DNA of 64,000 nt from the human T2T-CHM13v2.0 reference genome, Homo sapiens (GCF_009914755.1 NC_060928.1); one strand, 5' to 3'. Shown: positions 11,791 to 25,528, counted from the stretch's first letter. Numbers and translations: made by a program. Notes: a model not told the origin generated them from the sequence alone.

Positions 11791-13515
11791 TTGTATTTTC
11801 CTGTAAATCTTACGTAGATTAACTTTTACCTCATAAGACCACAGAGAAGAGAAATCTCTAAAAATCATTGCAAAGCACTTGCGTTAACACATGTATATTG
11901 CTATGCAAATGCTAACTAATGATAATAACTATTGGAATGGAGCTTAATTGAGGGACTAAAAATAGCTCACTGCAAGCAAAATCGAGCACGTCCTTTTAGT
12001 TGTGCTAATATTATACAGAAGGAATAGGCAAAAGTTTTAAGATAATAATGTTTTATTCAGCCTTACTGACATTATTCTTCTGTGTCTTCTCATTTGAGAT
12101 TGTCTTTGCTAATAGCTTTAACATTTTCCAACAAGTGCATTACTGAGCCAAGAATGCCCAGCATCCAAATTACTGATGCTTGGGGCAGGTGGGACACAGC
12201 TGCAAGTCACATAAAATCACAGCTGGAATGCTGCTCTTCTTTGTCATTTTTTGTATATTTTAGCTTAAAATATAATTATTAAACCTGAGAAGATGACTGT
12301 ACTAATTCTTTAGGATAATTGTCCAACATTTCCAACTCTTTCTACATTTTTACGGAAAATCTGGAAAGTTACATTAGTCTTGCTATTACCAAGGATTATT
12401 ATTCCTTCTACAACATACTGATTACAGGGATTTTACCTTTGTTCAAAATTTATTTTTAATTAATTTTGTTGATCTCCAGTCATATACAGTTCACCATTTT
12501 ATAAACCAGAATACCATGATGTTGACAAAGAAACACTATATGTTTCTACGTATGGTCCAACATAGCAAAGTCATGCCTGAGTAAAATTTATTTTGGGAAG
12601 TGAGTGGAAATTATAACAAAAGCACATTTAATAAAATAGTATATAACTTTACTTATTTTTGTTTTGCAAGAAAATTATACATAGAAACACTAAATTAATT
12701 AAGCTATTTCTTGAAATAATAACCTGATTTACAATGATTTTTTTTGCCAAAAACACTGGACTAGAGACCTATTCGAACTCCATTTTCTGAGAAATTAAAG
12801 CAAAGGATCCAGAAGGCAAGTTGATTTTATTCAGGTTTCAGACAAAGGACGGTATTTATGAAAAGGAATTTATGGAAAAGTTCTTTCTCTTGGCATTTGT
12901 CTGTTTCTTTTATATTCCCATGTTTTCTCTTTTCCTCTTGGGCTCTTCTTTTACTGTCATATTTTTCTACAAGAAAAGCCTCATAGAAAGCACAATTAAC
13001 CTCTTCAAGTGGATACAAAGCATTAGTTTCCTATTACATGAATAAAGGCATTCTAGTTCCAAAATTCTATAAGTAAATGCTGTTATGTTTACTTCCAGTA
13101 AATTCGAAGGCAGGAATAGAAGGGCCTTAGCACCTTATTAAAGACTGTTTTTGCCAATAGTCTATGGAGTAGATAGAACTACTCTTTACAAAGATTTTTA
13201 AGCAAGTTTAGATATTTCCAAGTATTAATAATTGTCCTTTACATGGTATGGCCAACGCAAGCTTGTGAATCTGCTATTTACTAAATCTTCTCACTACCTT
13301 TTCTATCATATATGATATACATGTCTAGAATTTCCTGCTATTAAATTCATACTGATGAGAGGTGTCAGTCTTTTGCAAATTGAATCTTTCTTCAATATAA
13401 AAGAGAAAGGTCCATTTCCCAATTCCTCTCTCAATCTCTCCTTTACTCTTCCTCTCTCTCTCCCTTTTAAGTGACACTTGCCTTTTGCTTAGTGACTTTT
13501 CTTGGAATATATCAC

Positions 13516-13888
13516 TATTATGGGTGAATGTTTGTGTTCCCCCAAAATTTGAATGTCGATGCCCTAACTTCAAATGTACTGTTATTTGGAGATGGCATCT
13601 TTGAGAGGTTATTAGGGTTAGATAAAGTCATGAGGATGAAGCCCTTATGATGAGATTAGTGCACTTATGAGAAGAGACACTAGACAGGTTGTACTCTCTT
13701 TCCACCATGTGAGGACATAGGGAGAAGGCAGCACTCTGCAAGCCAGAAAGAGCCCCCTCACCAGACTTGACCATGCTGGCACCCTGATCTTAGATTTCCC
13801 AGCCTCCAAAACTGATAAAATAAATTTCTTTTGTTTAAGCCACACAGCCTATAGTATTTTGTTATGGCATGCTGAGCTGATGAAAATA
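13516..13888 (+). mobile_element. MLT1A-type MaLR solo LTR
   Basis: tgaatgtttgtgttcccccaaaatt...ccatgtgaggacatagggagaagg...gctggcaccctgatcttagatttcccagcctccaaaactg..aataaatttc..tgtttaagccac...gtattttgttatggca. Confidence 0.9.
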
Positions 13889-14550
13889 ATAATAATATCC
13901 ATTTTTCATGGTATGTATTAATTCTAAACATACGTGACAAGAGCATATTAAATCCAAGTAGCTTTCTTGATCAAACCTCCCCTGCTAAGGACATATCTGC
14001 AATCATAATTTAATAACTTGGTGCTTTCATTTTCCTGTGTATTTACTTAGCTTTAATGTTTTATCATGAGAAATGGTGCCTTGCAAATACTGCAAATGTT
14101 TTAATAAAATAATATTCTACTAGATGCAGACCCTGGAAAATGTATTCTAAAAGGTAAAAAAGGTCAAAATGTCTAAAGAAATTGGTGATAAATTCTAGAA
14201 CTAGAAATTTGCTTATTTCTAGACTATAAAAGATACCAAGTAAAATTCCATTTTTTCTTTTTTTTTAACTGTACCTGTTTTCTTTTTATTAGTGCTCTAA
14301 AACTGTTCATTACTTTACAAATTGGCTATAGTATTCATTACTAAGTGAAATAATAAACAGAAACAATGAAAAAAGCAAGTTGCCTAATAAGGATAATTTA
14401 TTTCCATCTAGAGAGTTCATTATGTTTCCAAGCATTGCTATTCTTGTTAAGTAGCATTTACCTCCTCATAGCTGAGACAAGCTTACAATTTTTTAATCAG
14501 AGGAAACTAGCAATTTCACTATTCCAACTAGATTATAATATTTAATCTTG

Positions 14551-14576
14551 TTTTTTTTTTCTTTTTTTTTTTTTTT
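14551..14576. repeat. poly(T) tract T10-C-T15
   Basis: Read directly. Confidence 0.9.
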
Positions 14577-15109
14577 GCCACAAAGCCTAGCTCCTAATCT
14601 GTGATATCTATCACTGGAATGATCATGTAATGGCCAAAAAGAAAACATGTTCTCATATATGTGCAACTCTGTATTTTTTAGAACATTGCTATTAATCTCA
14701 TGATATCTATAAGAAATTTAACTAGAATAATTGACTACATGGGACAGATTAGTGTGAACCTAATTTATTTCATAAAGGAATGAAAAATTGAAAATGTCCT
14801 TTTAAATTATTTAGTATAGGAAGGAGAGAAAATATTACTAGGGAATTTTTTAACATGCTGTATAATCCATTCATATTTTCATTAGTATTAAGCCTGTATG
14901 TCATATATATGCACATTAATATATAAGCATATGTTAAAATAGAATGTTGGCTAATGGCAAGTGTTATGAAAAATAAATACCAGTTTATTCATTATAATTC
15001 AATGTAAATAATTGCATTCTAAAAGCTAAATATGTTTAGTTTATTGAACTTCATGTTTTTAATCAAAGTATTTTCATAGAAAACTTATTATCAAGCCTGT
15101 GTCTCAATA

Positions 15110-15170
15110 AATTTCTTGATAATTTGATTATGCAATTGACATGCAATTTCTTGATAATTTAATTATGGAA
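15110..15170. repeat. Two-copy direct repeat, 26 bp, period 35
   Basis: aatttcttgataatttgattatgcaa (15110) vs aatttcttgataatttaattatggaa (15145). Confidence 0.85.
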
Positions 15171-15790
15171 AGTAAAAAAAAAGAAAGAATTATTGCCTTT
15201 AATAATAACATGATCTAATAAATACAGAGATCAAATAATCATTATTGTTTGGGTCTTAATTAATAGTAAAAATTACAGTAAAATCTCACTAGTTTAGACT
15301 TGTGAAAGAGGAAGAGAAGTAAATTGATGGAATTCTGAATCATGAGAAATATTTTAAAGAATTATAGTTTTACTATGTTCACATAGATAACAAAAGTAGG
15401 TTAACAAAGTGATATCAAATAAATGACCTGAGAACTGACTTAATATATAAAAGAGAATGAGTTATACAGTTTCCAATTTATCATTGCTTATTAATTATTA
15501 ATGCTATCTTTAGATATTTTTTCTCCTAAACAGTTTTGACATGCTCCTTGCAAACACTGTTATCAAGGCCTAATTTTTTTTTAAGCTAGCTGTACTGCCA
15601 GGGGTTAGAAATAAGTTCTAAGGGGAAAAAATAGACTCTTTAAATTCCACCCTCAAAACTAGCTCCTCCTGACAACATAAATGACAACATATTATTCCTG
15701 TTTTCCTAGGGATAAAATAAATTTTCTGATAACTGATATCAGGGGCTTATGAGGCACACATAGACTTTATACTGTTAAAAGCTATAATTT

Positions 15791-16084
15791 GGCCCGGCGT
15801 GGTGGCTCATGCCTGTAATCCCAGCACTTTGGGAGGCCGAGGCGGGCGGATCACGAGATCAGGAGATCAAGACCATCCTGGCTAACACGGGGAAACCCCG
15901 TCTCTACTAAAAATACAAAAAATTAGCCGGGCATGGTGGTGGGTGCCTGTAGTTCCAGCTACAGGCTGAGGCAAGAGAATGGCGTGAACCCGGGAGGCGG
16001 AGCTTGCAGTGAGCCGAGATAGAGCCACTGCACTCCAGCCTGGGTGACAGAGCGAGACTCCGTCTCAAAAAAAAAAAAAAAAAA
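15791..16084 (+). mobile_element. AluY, full length
   Basis: ggatcacgag..caggagatc..gaccatcctggctaacacgg and ggcgtgaacccgggaggcggagcttgcag diagnostics; A tail; perfect TSD aaaagctataattt at 15777-15790 and 16085-16098 after a TT/AAAA site. Confidence 0.95.
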
Positions 16085-16301
16085 AAAAGCTATAATTTAG
16101 GTCATAGGTACAATTTCTGGTAAAGATGTAAGAAACTTATTGGGGCTAAACTAAATATTGCCTGGAATATATAAATAACAACTAACTTAACACCATGTTT
16201 TGTTATCATTTCTTAAAATTTTGCGATTGACGCAAGGCAGCCTATATAAGGCTTAACACTACCTACTACATATTTTCTCCATACAGCTTGGGTGAAAGGT
16301 G

Positions 16302-16520
16302 CATTCATTCATTTATTATTTTAATAAAGATCTAATGAAAGCCAACTTTGTAGTAGGCACCGAACTACAAGCTGAGGATACAATTCAAAACAGACACAGT
16401 ACTCACCCTTATGGTATGTAGAGTTAAATAGGATAGCTGGACACTGAACAATTTACAGTGCAAATAAATCATTACAATTGTTGCAATGCTATGAAGGAAA
16501 AAGTTAAAAGTGAGAAAAAT
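16302..16520 (-). mobile_element. L2 3' end
   Basis: cattcattcatttatt...taggcac...gctgaggatacaa..aaaacagacacagtactcacccttatgg...gcaatgctatgaaggaaa. Confidence 0.7.
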
Positions 16521-16669
16521 GTCAGGGAAATGATTGGTGGAGTGGGTAGGACCAATTCCTGGAATACTTTGTCACAGTCTTGCCACTTCACCCAACCTTA
16601 TGGCCATTCTTCATACCACCATTAACTACAACTCTCTCCTCTCTGTCTAGATCCTTCCTGAACTTCACC

Positions 16670-16866
16670 CTAGTTCTGATTCTAACCCTGAACGTCTCTT
16701 CTGCCCGGATGGCTGCCATGGCCTCCTAACTGGCCTTTCCTTTTCCACTTCTTATCTTGTACCATCTGTTCTTCATACAACAGCCAGGTCATCTTACTTT
16801 CTTGATTAAAATCCTTCAGGATTTTTCTTTTAAATGTATAATAAAATCCCAATTTCTGGCTACATG
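16670..16866 (+). mobile_element. L2 internal fragment
   Basis: ctgcccggatggctgccatggcctcctaactggcctt...catctgttcttcatacaacagccag...ttaaaatccttcag. Confidence 0.65.
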
Positions 16867-17542
16867 ATTGATTGTCTTGCATACACTTTTTAGTGTTGTA
16901 TTTTTTGTTGTTTTTTTTAACCTGAAGGTGAGCTTTCACACTATAAAATGAAAGCAGCCACAATGAGGTCATTGAATCACCTGGCTTCATCTGAAGGCTG
17001 TGGTGAAAACATTAAGTTCCTTAAGATGATCTGCACCTTGTCTTGTTCACCCTCCAGATTTTCCTTGGGAGAAATTTAGCAAAAGATGGAAGACAATTTA
17101 TAAGTCAATGATAGCATTTATTTCATTTTACAAATAAATCACCACTGTACCCTAATTTTATTAATTATAATCCCTGATCATGTCAGCAAATATTTATTGC
17201 TATAATGCAAATTTTAATTCATTTTGTCTATCTACATTTCTCTCTTTCTGGCTGTCTCTCAAGTCAATATGTCCAGATAGGAATAGATCTGTGCTAGTCG
17301 TAATCCTGAAAGACACAATCCTGAACGTCATAATCCTGAATGTTGAAATCCCTGAAGATCAAAATCCTTAAAGTCTAAAATTCCATAACTCACAATTCCA
17401 AAAGATTAAAATTCTGAAAGTTGAAATCCTGAAAGCTGAATTCTGGGAAAGGGATTAGCGCATTTTAGGTTTTAGGCAGGAGTCTCATCAACCAAAGTTG
17501 CATCATATTAGGTGGAACTAATACTTTGTTATTGTCTTTATT

Positions 17543-17701
17543 TGCATTTGGTGGCAAACTCAGATGAGTGGATTGGCCATGTGATAGGGCAAGAATGAAC
17601 ACTTTAGTTTAAAAATGCACCATTTGTCTAAATTGGCTTTCCTTCCAGCTAATGAAATCCCAGGAACTTTTAGCGAAATAATGCTGCATTTGCCAGAAGT
17701 C
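17543..17701 (+). pseudogene. MULE transposase remnant inside Ricksha
   Basis: Manual translation CIWWQTQMSGLAM**GKNEHFSLKMHHLSKLAFLPANEIPGTFSEIMLHLPEV resembles the segment following CxxH in MULE transposases (IWRKIQ..GL...Y...LAFLP..EI); two stop codons. Confidence 0.7.
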
Positions 17702-17945
17702 ATTTGCATTTTTTTTTGCAAATTTCATGCCACAACAGTGCTTTATCACAACATTGACTTCATGTGAGAGTATTGTATGTGTACATAAAAACGTTGAAAC
17801 TTCCTCAATACAGGAAAAGATGTCTTTTTGTACATTTGCATTTGTGAAATATAAAACTTCTCAGGATCTCAGCTCTTTGGGAGACTGTGCATGCTGTGCT
17901 GAACCATTGTGGGTTTTGGTCCCTCTGGTAAAAAGATTTAAGTTG

Positions 17946-18233
17946 GGCTGGGCGTAGTAGCTCATGCTTGTAATCCCAACACTCTGGGAGGCCAAAGCGG
18001 GAGGATCACTTAGGCCCAGGAGACCAGCCTGGCCAACCAAGTGAGACCCCTATCTCTACAAATAATTAAAAATATAGCCTGGTGTGGTGGCACATGTCTG
18101 TATTCCCATCTACTCTGGAGGCTGAGGCAGAAGGATTGTCTGAGCTCAGGAGGTCGAGGCTGCAGTGAACCCTGATCTGACTGTACTACCGCACTGCAGT
18201 CTGAGTGAGACTTTGTCTCAAATAAAACAAACC
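17946..18233 (+). mobile_element. AluJ nested in Ricksha
   Basis: Dimeric Alu with gggaggatcactt..gcccagg and aggtcgaggctgcagtga J-type features; TSD aaagatttaagttg (17932-17945) / aaaggcttaagttg (18234-18247). Confidence 0.9.
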
Positions 18234-21200
18234 AAAGGCTTAAGTTGTCCATGATGGTGTTTTAGATGACTGTGGTTATAAAGCTGGGTGTACACAATTA
18301 CCAACCATAGTAATATGTGCTTATACATTTCACTGTTTGACCTATTTCTATATGAATACAGTTCATCTGCTCATAAATGTTATACTCATGAGACTGTCAT
18401 TAGTATACCTGCGTGGTTATGCTTGCAAAAATATGTATGCCATTATTGCCCATTTTACTATATAAAGTGGTCTAAGAAGTGTTCTGTGGTGTTTTTGTGT
18501 TTCTCAAATAAATCCTTAAAAAATGTAAATAAATATCTTTAAAGAATTTTTTATTCTTTTTTGCAGAATTACACTTTTGTGATTTTGATCTTTTAGAATT
18601 AAAATTTTCATAATTTTAGACTCTAGGGATTTTGATCTTTTAGGATTTAAACATTCAGGATCCTGTCTTTCAAAATTATGGCTGAAACTCTAATAGGTAT
18701 CTATACATATGGATAATGTCTATAATTAAATAAACGGTGTGGTGCTTAATTTGAACATTCTAGTGTTTTTAAAATAATTTTTCAAATTTTCTTTTAAGGA
18801 AAGAGCATTTTTATGAATTCCAGCTTTATTCAGGTTATTTTTATTTTCACGTCAATTACATGTAAACAAAAACACTAATTAAAATTCCTTTTGCATGTAG
18901 ATCTCATATATTTTAAAGTGAAAATAATTAACAAGTTAAATATAAATAAAACTATAACTACTATAAAGTTAAATGTAATAATAAATTTAATACGCTAAGT
19001 AACATTATTTTGTTATATAGTATTTCTACTGTTGAGTTTAATAATGAAAAGACATATTTGCTTAAACTATGTCCCACTTTTTGTTATTTTGATTTTTGTG
19101 ATTTTGATCATTATTGACTGTGATTTTTATTTTATAGTTAATTGACACCTTTTAACTACAAACCATTATTTTGATGGTCTAATCAATCTAATGTAATGAA
19201 ACACCTGCAAAATGGATCCTAATTTTTAAAGTTAAGGCTGGGAATGATAGCAGTTAATGTCTCTTTCCTATAGCTCTCTTTTTAAAAATCCTTTTGTTTT
19301 TTCTTTTTTCATAAGAGGGAAGCTACACTCAGTAGCCCTCCTAGCCTTTCCACATACTCACATTCACTCTTCCTCCTGAGAGAAAGAATGATTTAATCTG
19401 ATAAGAGTATGGAATGAGGAACTGGGCCTTTTGGCCACCCACTTCCATTACCCTTTTACATTCCCAAGGAAACATCCCTCAGGCTTCACCCCTGCCTGCC
19501 ACAGGGGAGATGGCTGCTGGGGTAACGGGAGGTCTGTGCTGAACCAGAGGGTCAATGACTGAAGGGTAGCTTGTCCATTTCTGGCATGAGGCGTCAGAAA
19601 GCCCCTTGTCCGTAGACGTAAACCACATTGCATAATATTGTCTTTAATAGTAGTAAAAGTGATTTTTAAAATTTCTAGCTTCTAAACTTTTCTCTGTCTA
19701 ATTCTTAATTGTTCAAGAGAATTATAGTAACCTTCAAATGCTAACAAAAAAATAACACTTTAACAACAACAAAAATCTTGCATTTGTATTTAATACAATG
19801 GATAAGCACAGTATTGTACCTATGTAATATAATATATCTTATCTCAACCTGAACTGAATACTGTGTGCTATAATGCATTTCTTCTAAATTGAACATGAAC
19901 AAAAATTTTTGTTCCCTGTGCTGAATCGCTTCTCTTTTACTTTGCTCTCTTAAGAGTTGAAAGTCCTTCCCCCTTATAGCTCATCCTTATGACATATGAC
20001 TTCATTTAACACATATGGATTATTTACATAAATCCTCCCCTGTTCATTTCCACCCATCTACACTATTTTATTTTATTGATATTAGTTCTCAATTTATTGA
20101 ATAACCTAAGACACTAAAACCATATTCAATTAAAATGCCTTTCAATTGCGAATCACACTGAAATGAAAGGTTTTCTCTTTACAAGCAACAAATAATTCAA
20201 CTTGATCACAGATTAGTTTTAGATTATCTATGAAAAATCAAACAAAAGTATAAAAAACTCCTGAAGTTTGTGTATGCCTCTTAGGAATCTATAAACCTGC
20301 GCTTATAAAATTAAATTTTAAGTAATTTACTATAAAAATGATTTTTAAACAAATATTTTGATACTTTGTTAAATTTAAGAGAGTGTTTAAGAGGTTTGAA
20401 AGTTGGAGATCATCAAAATTAGATGTATTTTGATTAGAAAGGCAATTTTACTAATTTTTAAATACTTAGTATTTTTACATATGTTTTGTTAAATACAACT
20501 AGCCAAACTAGCAATCATCAGTGAAGCTGGAACTTGAAAAAGAATATAGAAGTGGATACTTGTTAATTTTGCTGTTTAGGAACAGAGAGACCTTGCTAAA
20601 ATTTTCTGTGTGTCTCATATATGTTCATTCAGCCATAATATTTGTCACACATACGCACACACAAAATTTAATTGTTACATATCACATACTGTTGTTTAAT
20701 TTTTTTTTTAACTTTTGCCTTCACTTGAATTAAGGGCTTGAAAAATTCTGTGGGACTCTTAAATTACTATATATTAGGCTATTAGAGGACACTGAGGTCA
20801 CTGTCCTTCAGAGTACCAGTCAACCATGACTGCTTTCAAGGAAGTAGGGAGTCGCTTGCCGTACTGTATGCTTTTCCTGGGAGAAAAAAAATAGTCATTC
20901 TTTTTTTCAAGCAATTTTCAGCAAATATTATCTTTGTTTGGTTTGGTTTGCTTTATGCTGACCTTTGAAAATTTGCAATATTTTAAAAACTATGAAAGAA
21001 GGTTATTATGTGTAGAACACATTATTATTTTATGCTTGCATTTTTGAAAAAAGACTATCAAATGAACACAATATTTTTAAAGAAAACAACAAAGGGAAAA
21101 GGGAGAGTTTATTTTAAAACAGAAAAACACAAACAACACTTCAAATGAACCATCTGGTTAAACAATGGCTGGAAAAATGTCAGGGAAATGACAATAATAC

Positions 21201-21765
21201 ATTTGTTTCTTTTTACCTTCTCATTTTATTATTCAAAGTCAGTATTTGCATTGACTCCCTGAGATATAGATCTCTGAGCTTCCACTTTGAGAGAAGGAAC
21301 CCTCAGAACACTTTACATATCCATGACGTGGTGCTAGTTCAATGATAAGAATGAAACACACCTATTCCAGCTTTCTGTTTCATAAAAGAGGACAAACCCT
21401 CTCTCTGTTGTTATCTGAACTGGACAGGTAGTCTCATTTGCTTAAAAATAACCCAGGAATAGGCAAACTAAATCCCCAAATGCCAAAAAGTAGAGAACAA
21501 CAATTCATCCATTGGATTTCTGAAGATTTTTCTTAAGAGTCAATTGTTAAAACAGAGATGTCTTTTCGGGAAATAAATATCTTAATCTTCTATCATTGTG
21601 CATGCATGTGTGTTTGTGGGTATGTGTTTATTGTTACAATTCTGCATTCTATCAACAAATATTTAAATTTCTACAAAAATGATATGCAAGTCAAATCTGA
21701 AGGGGAGAGCTCCTAAAAGGAGAATATGGAAGTTTCTGTAAGTTAGGAATCTTCTTAAATCTTAA

Positions 21766-22122
21766 TGGGGTAGTCATTAGAGGTGTGCTCCTGCTCTCCA
21801 CTTTCTGCACACCTTATATGATTGCATTTCCTATGGCCCTAATTGTTGGTGAACCGTATGACTAGTTCTGGCCAAGGAATGTGAATGGAAATAGAGTGTG
21901 CCACTTTTGTACCAGAGCATAAAGGCCCTCTGTTGTCCATTTTCCCTCTGATGTGGTAATATAATGTTCCAGAAGGTGGTCATTCAGCCTTTGCTTTGAG
22001 TCTCCCAGAAAATTCTCAAAGGACATGAACCTTGAAAGAAAAATTAAATCCTTTCGTTCTAAGTCACCACTGTGTTTTTGAGTTTATTATGCAGCATAAC
22101 CTAATCCAACCTGATTAATATA
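21766..22122 (+). mobile_element. MLT1I/J-type MaLR LTR
   Basis: attgcatttcct...tatgactagttctggccaa..aatgtgaatggaa..gtgtgccactt...taagtcac...gcagcataaccta.ccaacctgattaata. Confidence 0.75.
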
Positions 22123-22249
22123 TCTAATCACACTTCAATAATTTCATAACTTTGCTTAGGCCCTGACTTTTCTGTAAGACATGATTATTTAGTCAAACTG
22201 TATATACTTTATTTTATTTGGAAATCTGTATATAATGATGAGGCCACTT

Positions 22250-22430
22250 TATATTTGTACATCCTTTAACAATTTTCAAAATATCTTTACATATATTATC
22301 TCACTTATTTTATACAATAATTTCCCTAGAAAATATAAGAATATTATTACCACTGTTTAGGAATGAAGTAATCAAGGTTAAGAATGGTCGAGTAGTTTGC
22401 TATTTAGTATTAAAGCCAAGACTTAAATAC
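22250..22430 (-). mobile_element. MIR
   Basis: ttttcaaaatatctttacatatattatctcactt...attattaccactgtttaggaatgaagtaatcaagg. Confidence 0.55.
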
Positions 22431-23001
22431 TTGGATATATTATAATTTGCTATTTCTCTCCCTCCACCACTCTCCTTTTCCCGAATCATTTTAAATGTTC
22501 TGAACATCCAAAAGTTCTAAACCATGTGCAGTGAGAAAGTTAATGGGCCAGATTCTGTAACAGGAAATAATATTAACTAAAGGAGAAATGTCCTCCATTA
22601 GAATGAAATCCACGACCACTGAGGACCTTAATTACATAGCTCTTCTAAGAGAGCCAAGATCCCTACATGTGTTAAAGATACATAGACATTGATTTTGTGC
22701 AAGAGGGAACTAGTAACAAATTATGCATATAATGAATAACATTTTTATTAAAGAATTATGGAAAAATCATCAATAATGTTGGTTATGTATTAACAAAATA
22801 ATAGACCTATATATTTTCTTGAAATTAGAAGTGTGGAAATCAGTCTATTGCAGTGAAATTGAAGTAGCTAGTTTTATAACTTTTATTAGGATTCGTTGGA
22901 ACAACTAATATTTACACATTCTCCATATTTCTGTGAACCTTAAAGAGAATCCTTAAGAAATAGTAAATAACTTCTGAAAGCCAGTAAATATTTACTGATT
23001 A

Positions 23002-23667
<666 letters not shown>

Positions 23668-24435
23668 CTATTAAATGTAAAGTCTCTTAAATGAACCACG
23701 TTAACATTCTCCTCTTCAAAGACAGTCTTAGTTTTTGTAACATCCAAGCTTATTTTTATAACTCACACTTCTTTAGAATATCTCAATTTGAATATCAATA
23801 TAAGATTCAAAATAATCTAGTATCTCCCTTCACCACATTTTCACAGTAAATATGAATAATGCACATGGAGCATTGAAATATTTTTGCTGCTTCATAGAAT
23901 TTAGAGTATGGTCTTATACAAAAAAGTAACTTAAAAGCCTTTTTGATATAATTGTTCATATCATCAATTACTGAGGTATACACGTACACAGAGTAAGAAG
24001 CTTTTCCATATGAAGGGATTTAGAAACATGTAATACTATAAATCTATACCCTTGGAATTGAAGGAAAGTTCTAGCCCTGTGTCTGCACCTGTTTCTTTAT
24101 GGGACAGAATATAAATAACTAATACTGTCAAGTTTCTGGGGGTAAAGAATAGGATTTTTCCTACATTGACACAAATAAGCTCTAAGAATATGTAGCTTTT
24201 GTATTAGCTTTTCTATTAGCCATATGTTCTGTGTCCCAGCTGTTAAGATCTCCTACAGCTGATTAATTATATTTTTTAAAAGTCAGGCAATTTACACCTG
24301 TGATACCATAGATCACTTAAGGCTAATGGGCTGGAAGTCCTTGCGATATTAGGGATCCTTCAGGGTATGGGTAGGATGAGGAAGGAACATAATCTGTGCC
24401 CCATAATCTAGCACAGTTTCACTCTTTACTAATGC

Positions 24436-24534
24436 TTAGGGTTTAGATAAATGTCTCATTAAGAGGTAAATGTCTCATTAAGGTTATTAGGGTTATTAGG
24501 TTATTAGGGTTTAGGTAAATGTCTCATTAAGAGG
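24436..24534. repeat. Complex local micro-duplication
   Basis: 31-mer ttagggtttag(a/g)taaatgtctcattaagagg twice (24436, 24504), a third taaatgtctcattaa at 24467, and repeated ggttatta. Confidence 0.9.
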
Positions 24535-24882
24535 AAATGCATTTGTCAGCAAGGGCTGTAGGCTCATAGGGTATGATTGCAAAAGACTTTTCTGAAAGCT
24601 TAGCTTTGGATAAATCTTCAGCTAGCCTAGGCAGAGTGCATATTCTATCCTGTGAAAACAATTGGTGAACACTGGTGAAAAAAGAGTGTATTAGCCCACA
24701 GGCCACAGAGGTGTTTAAAGAATTGAGCTTATGTACATCAATGTTCAATAGGAAGTCCAGTTTATTTCATATATAGGGTCAACAGTTAAGGAAGAAACTG
24801 GGAAAGAGGCTGTGTCATGGGACCAACAGGGAGGGTCAGTAAAAATATTGAGTAAAGAGAAAGTTTCTTTACAAGGTTTTTC

Positions 24883-24904
24883 TGTTTGTTTGTTTGTTTG
24901 TTTT
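24883..24904. repeat. (TGTT)n microsatellite
   Basis: tgtttgtttgtttgtttgtttt. Confidence 0.85.
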
Positions 24905-25349
24905 AAAGCTAGTTGATTCAAGTAATGCAATTACCTGATTTTATAGCTCTAAGACAGTTATTTTCACTGTTTACCAAATGGATTGGGGAATTTTGAAGAT
25001 AACTTAAAAGCCTGAACAAATGTTTTAGAACTTTTTCTTAGGTTTCGATACAAGAGAAGGCATTTGAAGTAACCACCAGTTTCTTCAATTTCTAAGATAT
25101 CTTTTCTTCTTTTTCTCACAGTAAATGTGAGTTTTGTTTTCCCTTCCTTATAGAGTTATTAAAAGCAGTAAAAGATTATCAGTGTCCACAACTTCAGCTG
25201 TGGTCATCATTGGGAAAGCTGTCATAAACTTTACCTTAATAAAAATCAATTGCTCAATTTTCTATATCAGTGAACAAGAACACTAACCAAGAAAAATGAA
25301 ATTTATGTTTAATCTATCCATTTAGATCAGATGGTATCTCAGTCATAAG

Positions 25350-25528
25350 GGAAGCAAAGAGCTCTGGATAAGGAATAAGGAGCTCTGGGTTTTAATTATT
25401 CTCTGCTACTTTGATACTTTTACTATAATTGGAACCCTGGAGAAACCAAGGACCAAGTCTCCTTGTCCATAAAGTTAGAGCCAAGATCATTTCTGGTTTA
25501 TGAACTACAAAGTTCTTTGAACTATGAA
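25350..25528 (+). mobile_element. MIR3-like relic
   Basis: aaagagctctggataaggaa...ctgggttttaat..tctctgctact...aaagttctttgaactatga. Confidence 0.4.

Larger units (their letters stand above)
17290..18690 (+). mobile_element. Ricksha-type Mutator (MULE-MuDR) DNA transposon, internally deleted, interrupted by AluJ
   Basis: Left end gtaatcctgaaagacacaatcctgaacgtcataatcctgaatgttgaaatcc...; inverted right end ...agggattttgatc...aggatttaaacattcagga..tgtctttcaaaattatggctgaaactc; subterminal ~15-bp repeats; degenerate 9-bp TSD gaatagatc/taataggta. Confidence 0.85.

Noticed and set aside
17300-17450. Regularly spaced aatcctgaa units resembling a CRISPR or minisatellite array
   Set aside because: The period is only 15-16 bp, there are no unique spacers or cas genes, and the units are mirrored in inverted form at 18575-18690. 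They are Ricksha subterminal repeats in human DNA.
19094-19109. 16-mer ttttgtgattttgatc also present at 18575-18590
   Set aside because: T-rich low-complexity match with no extension; likely chance.
24436-24510. Interstitial telomeric repeat
   Set aside because: Only three non-tandem TTAGGG hexamers, explained by local duplication; a telomerase-mediated insertion is not supported.
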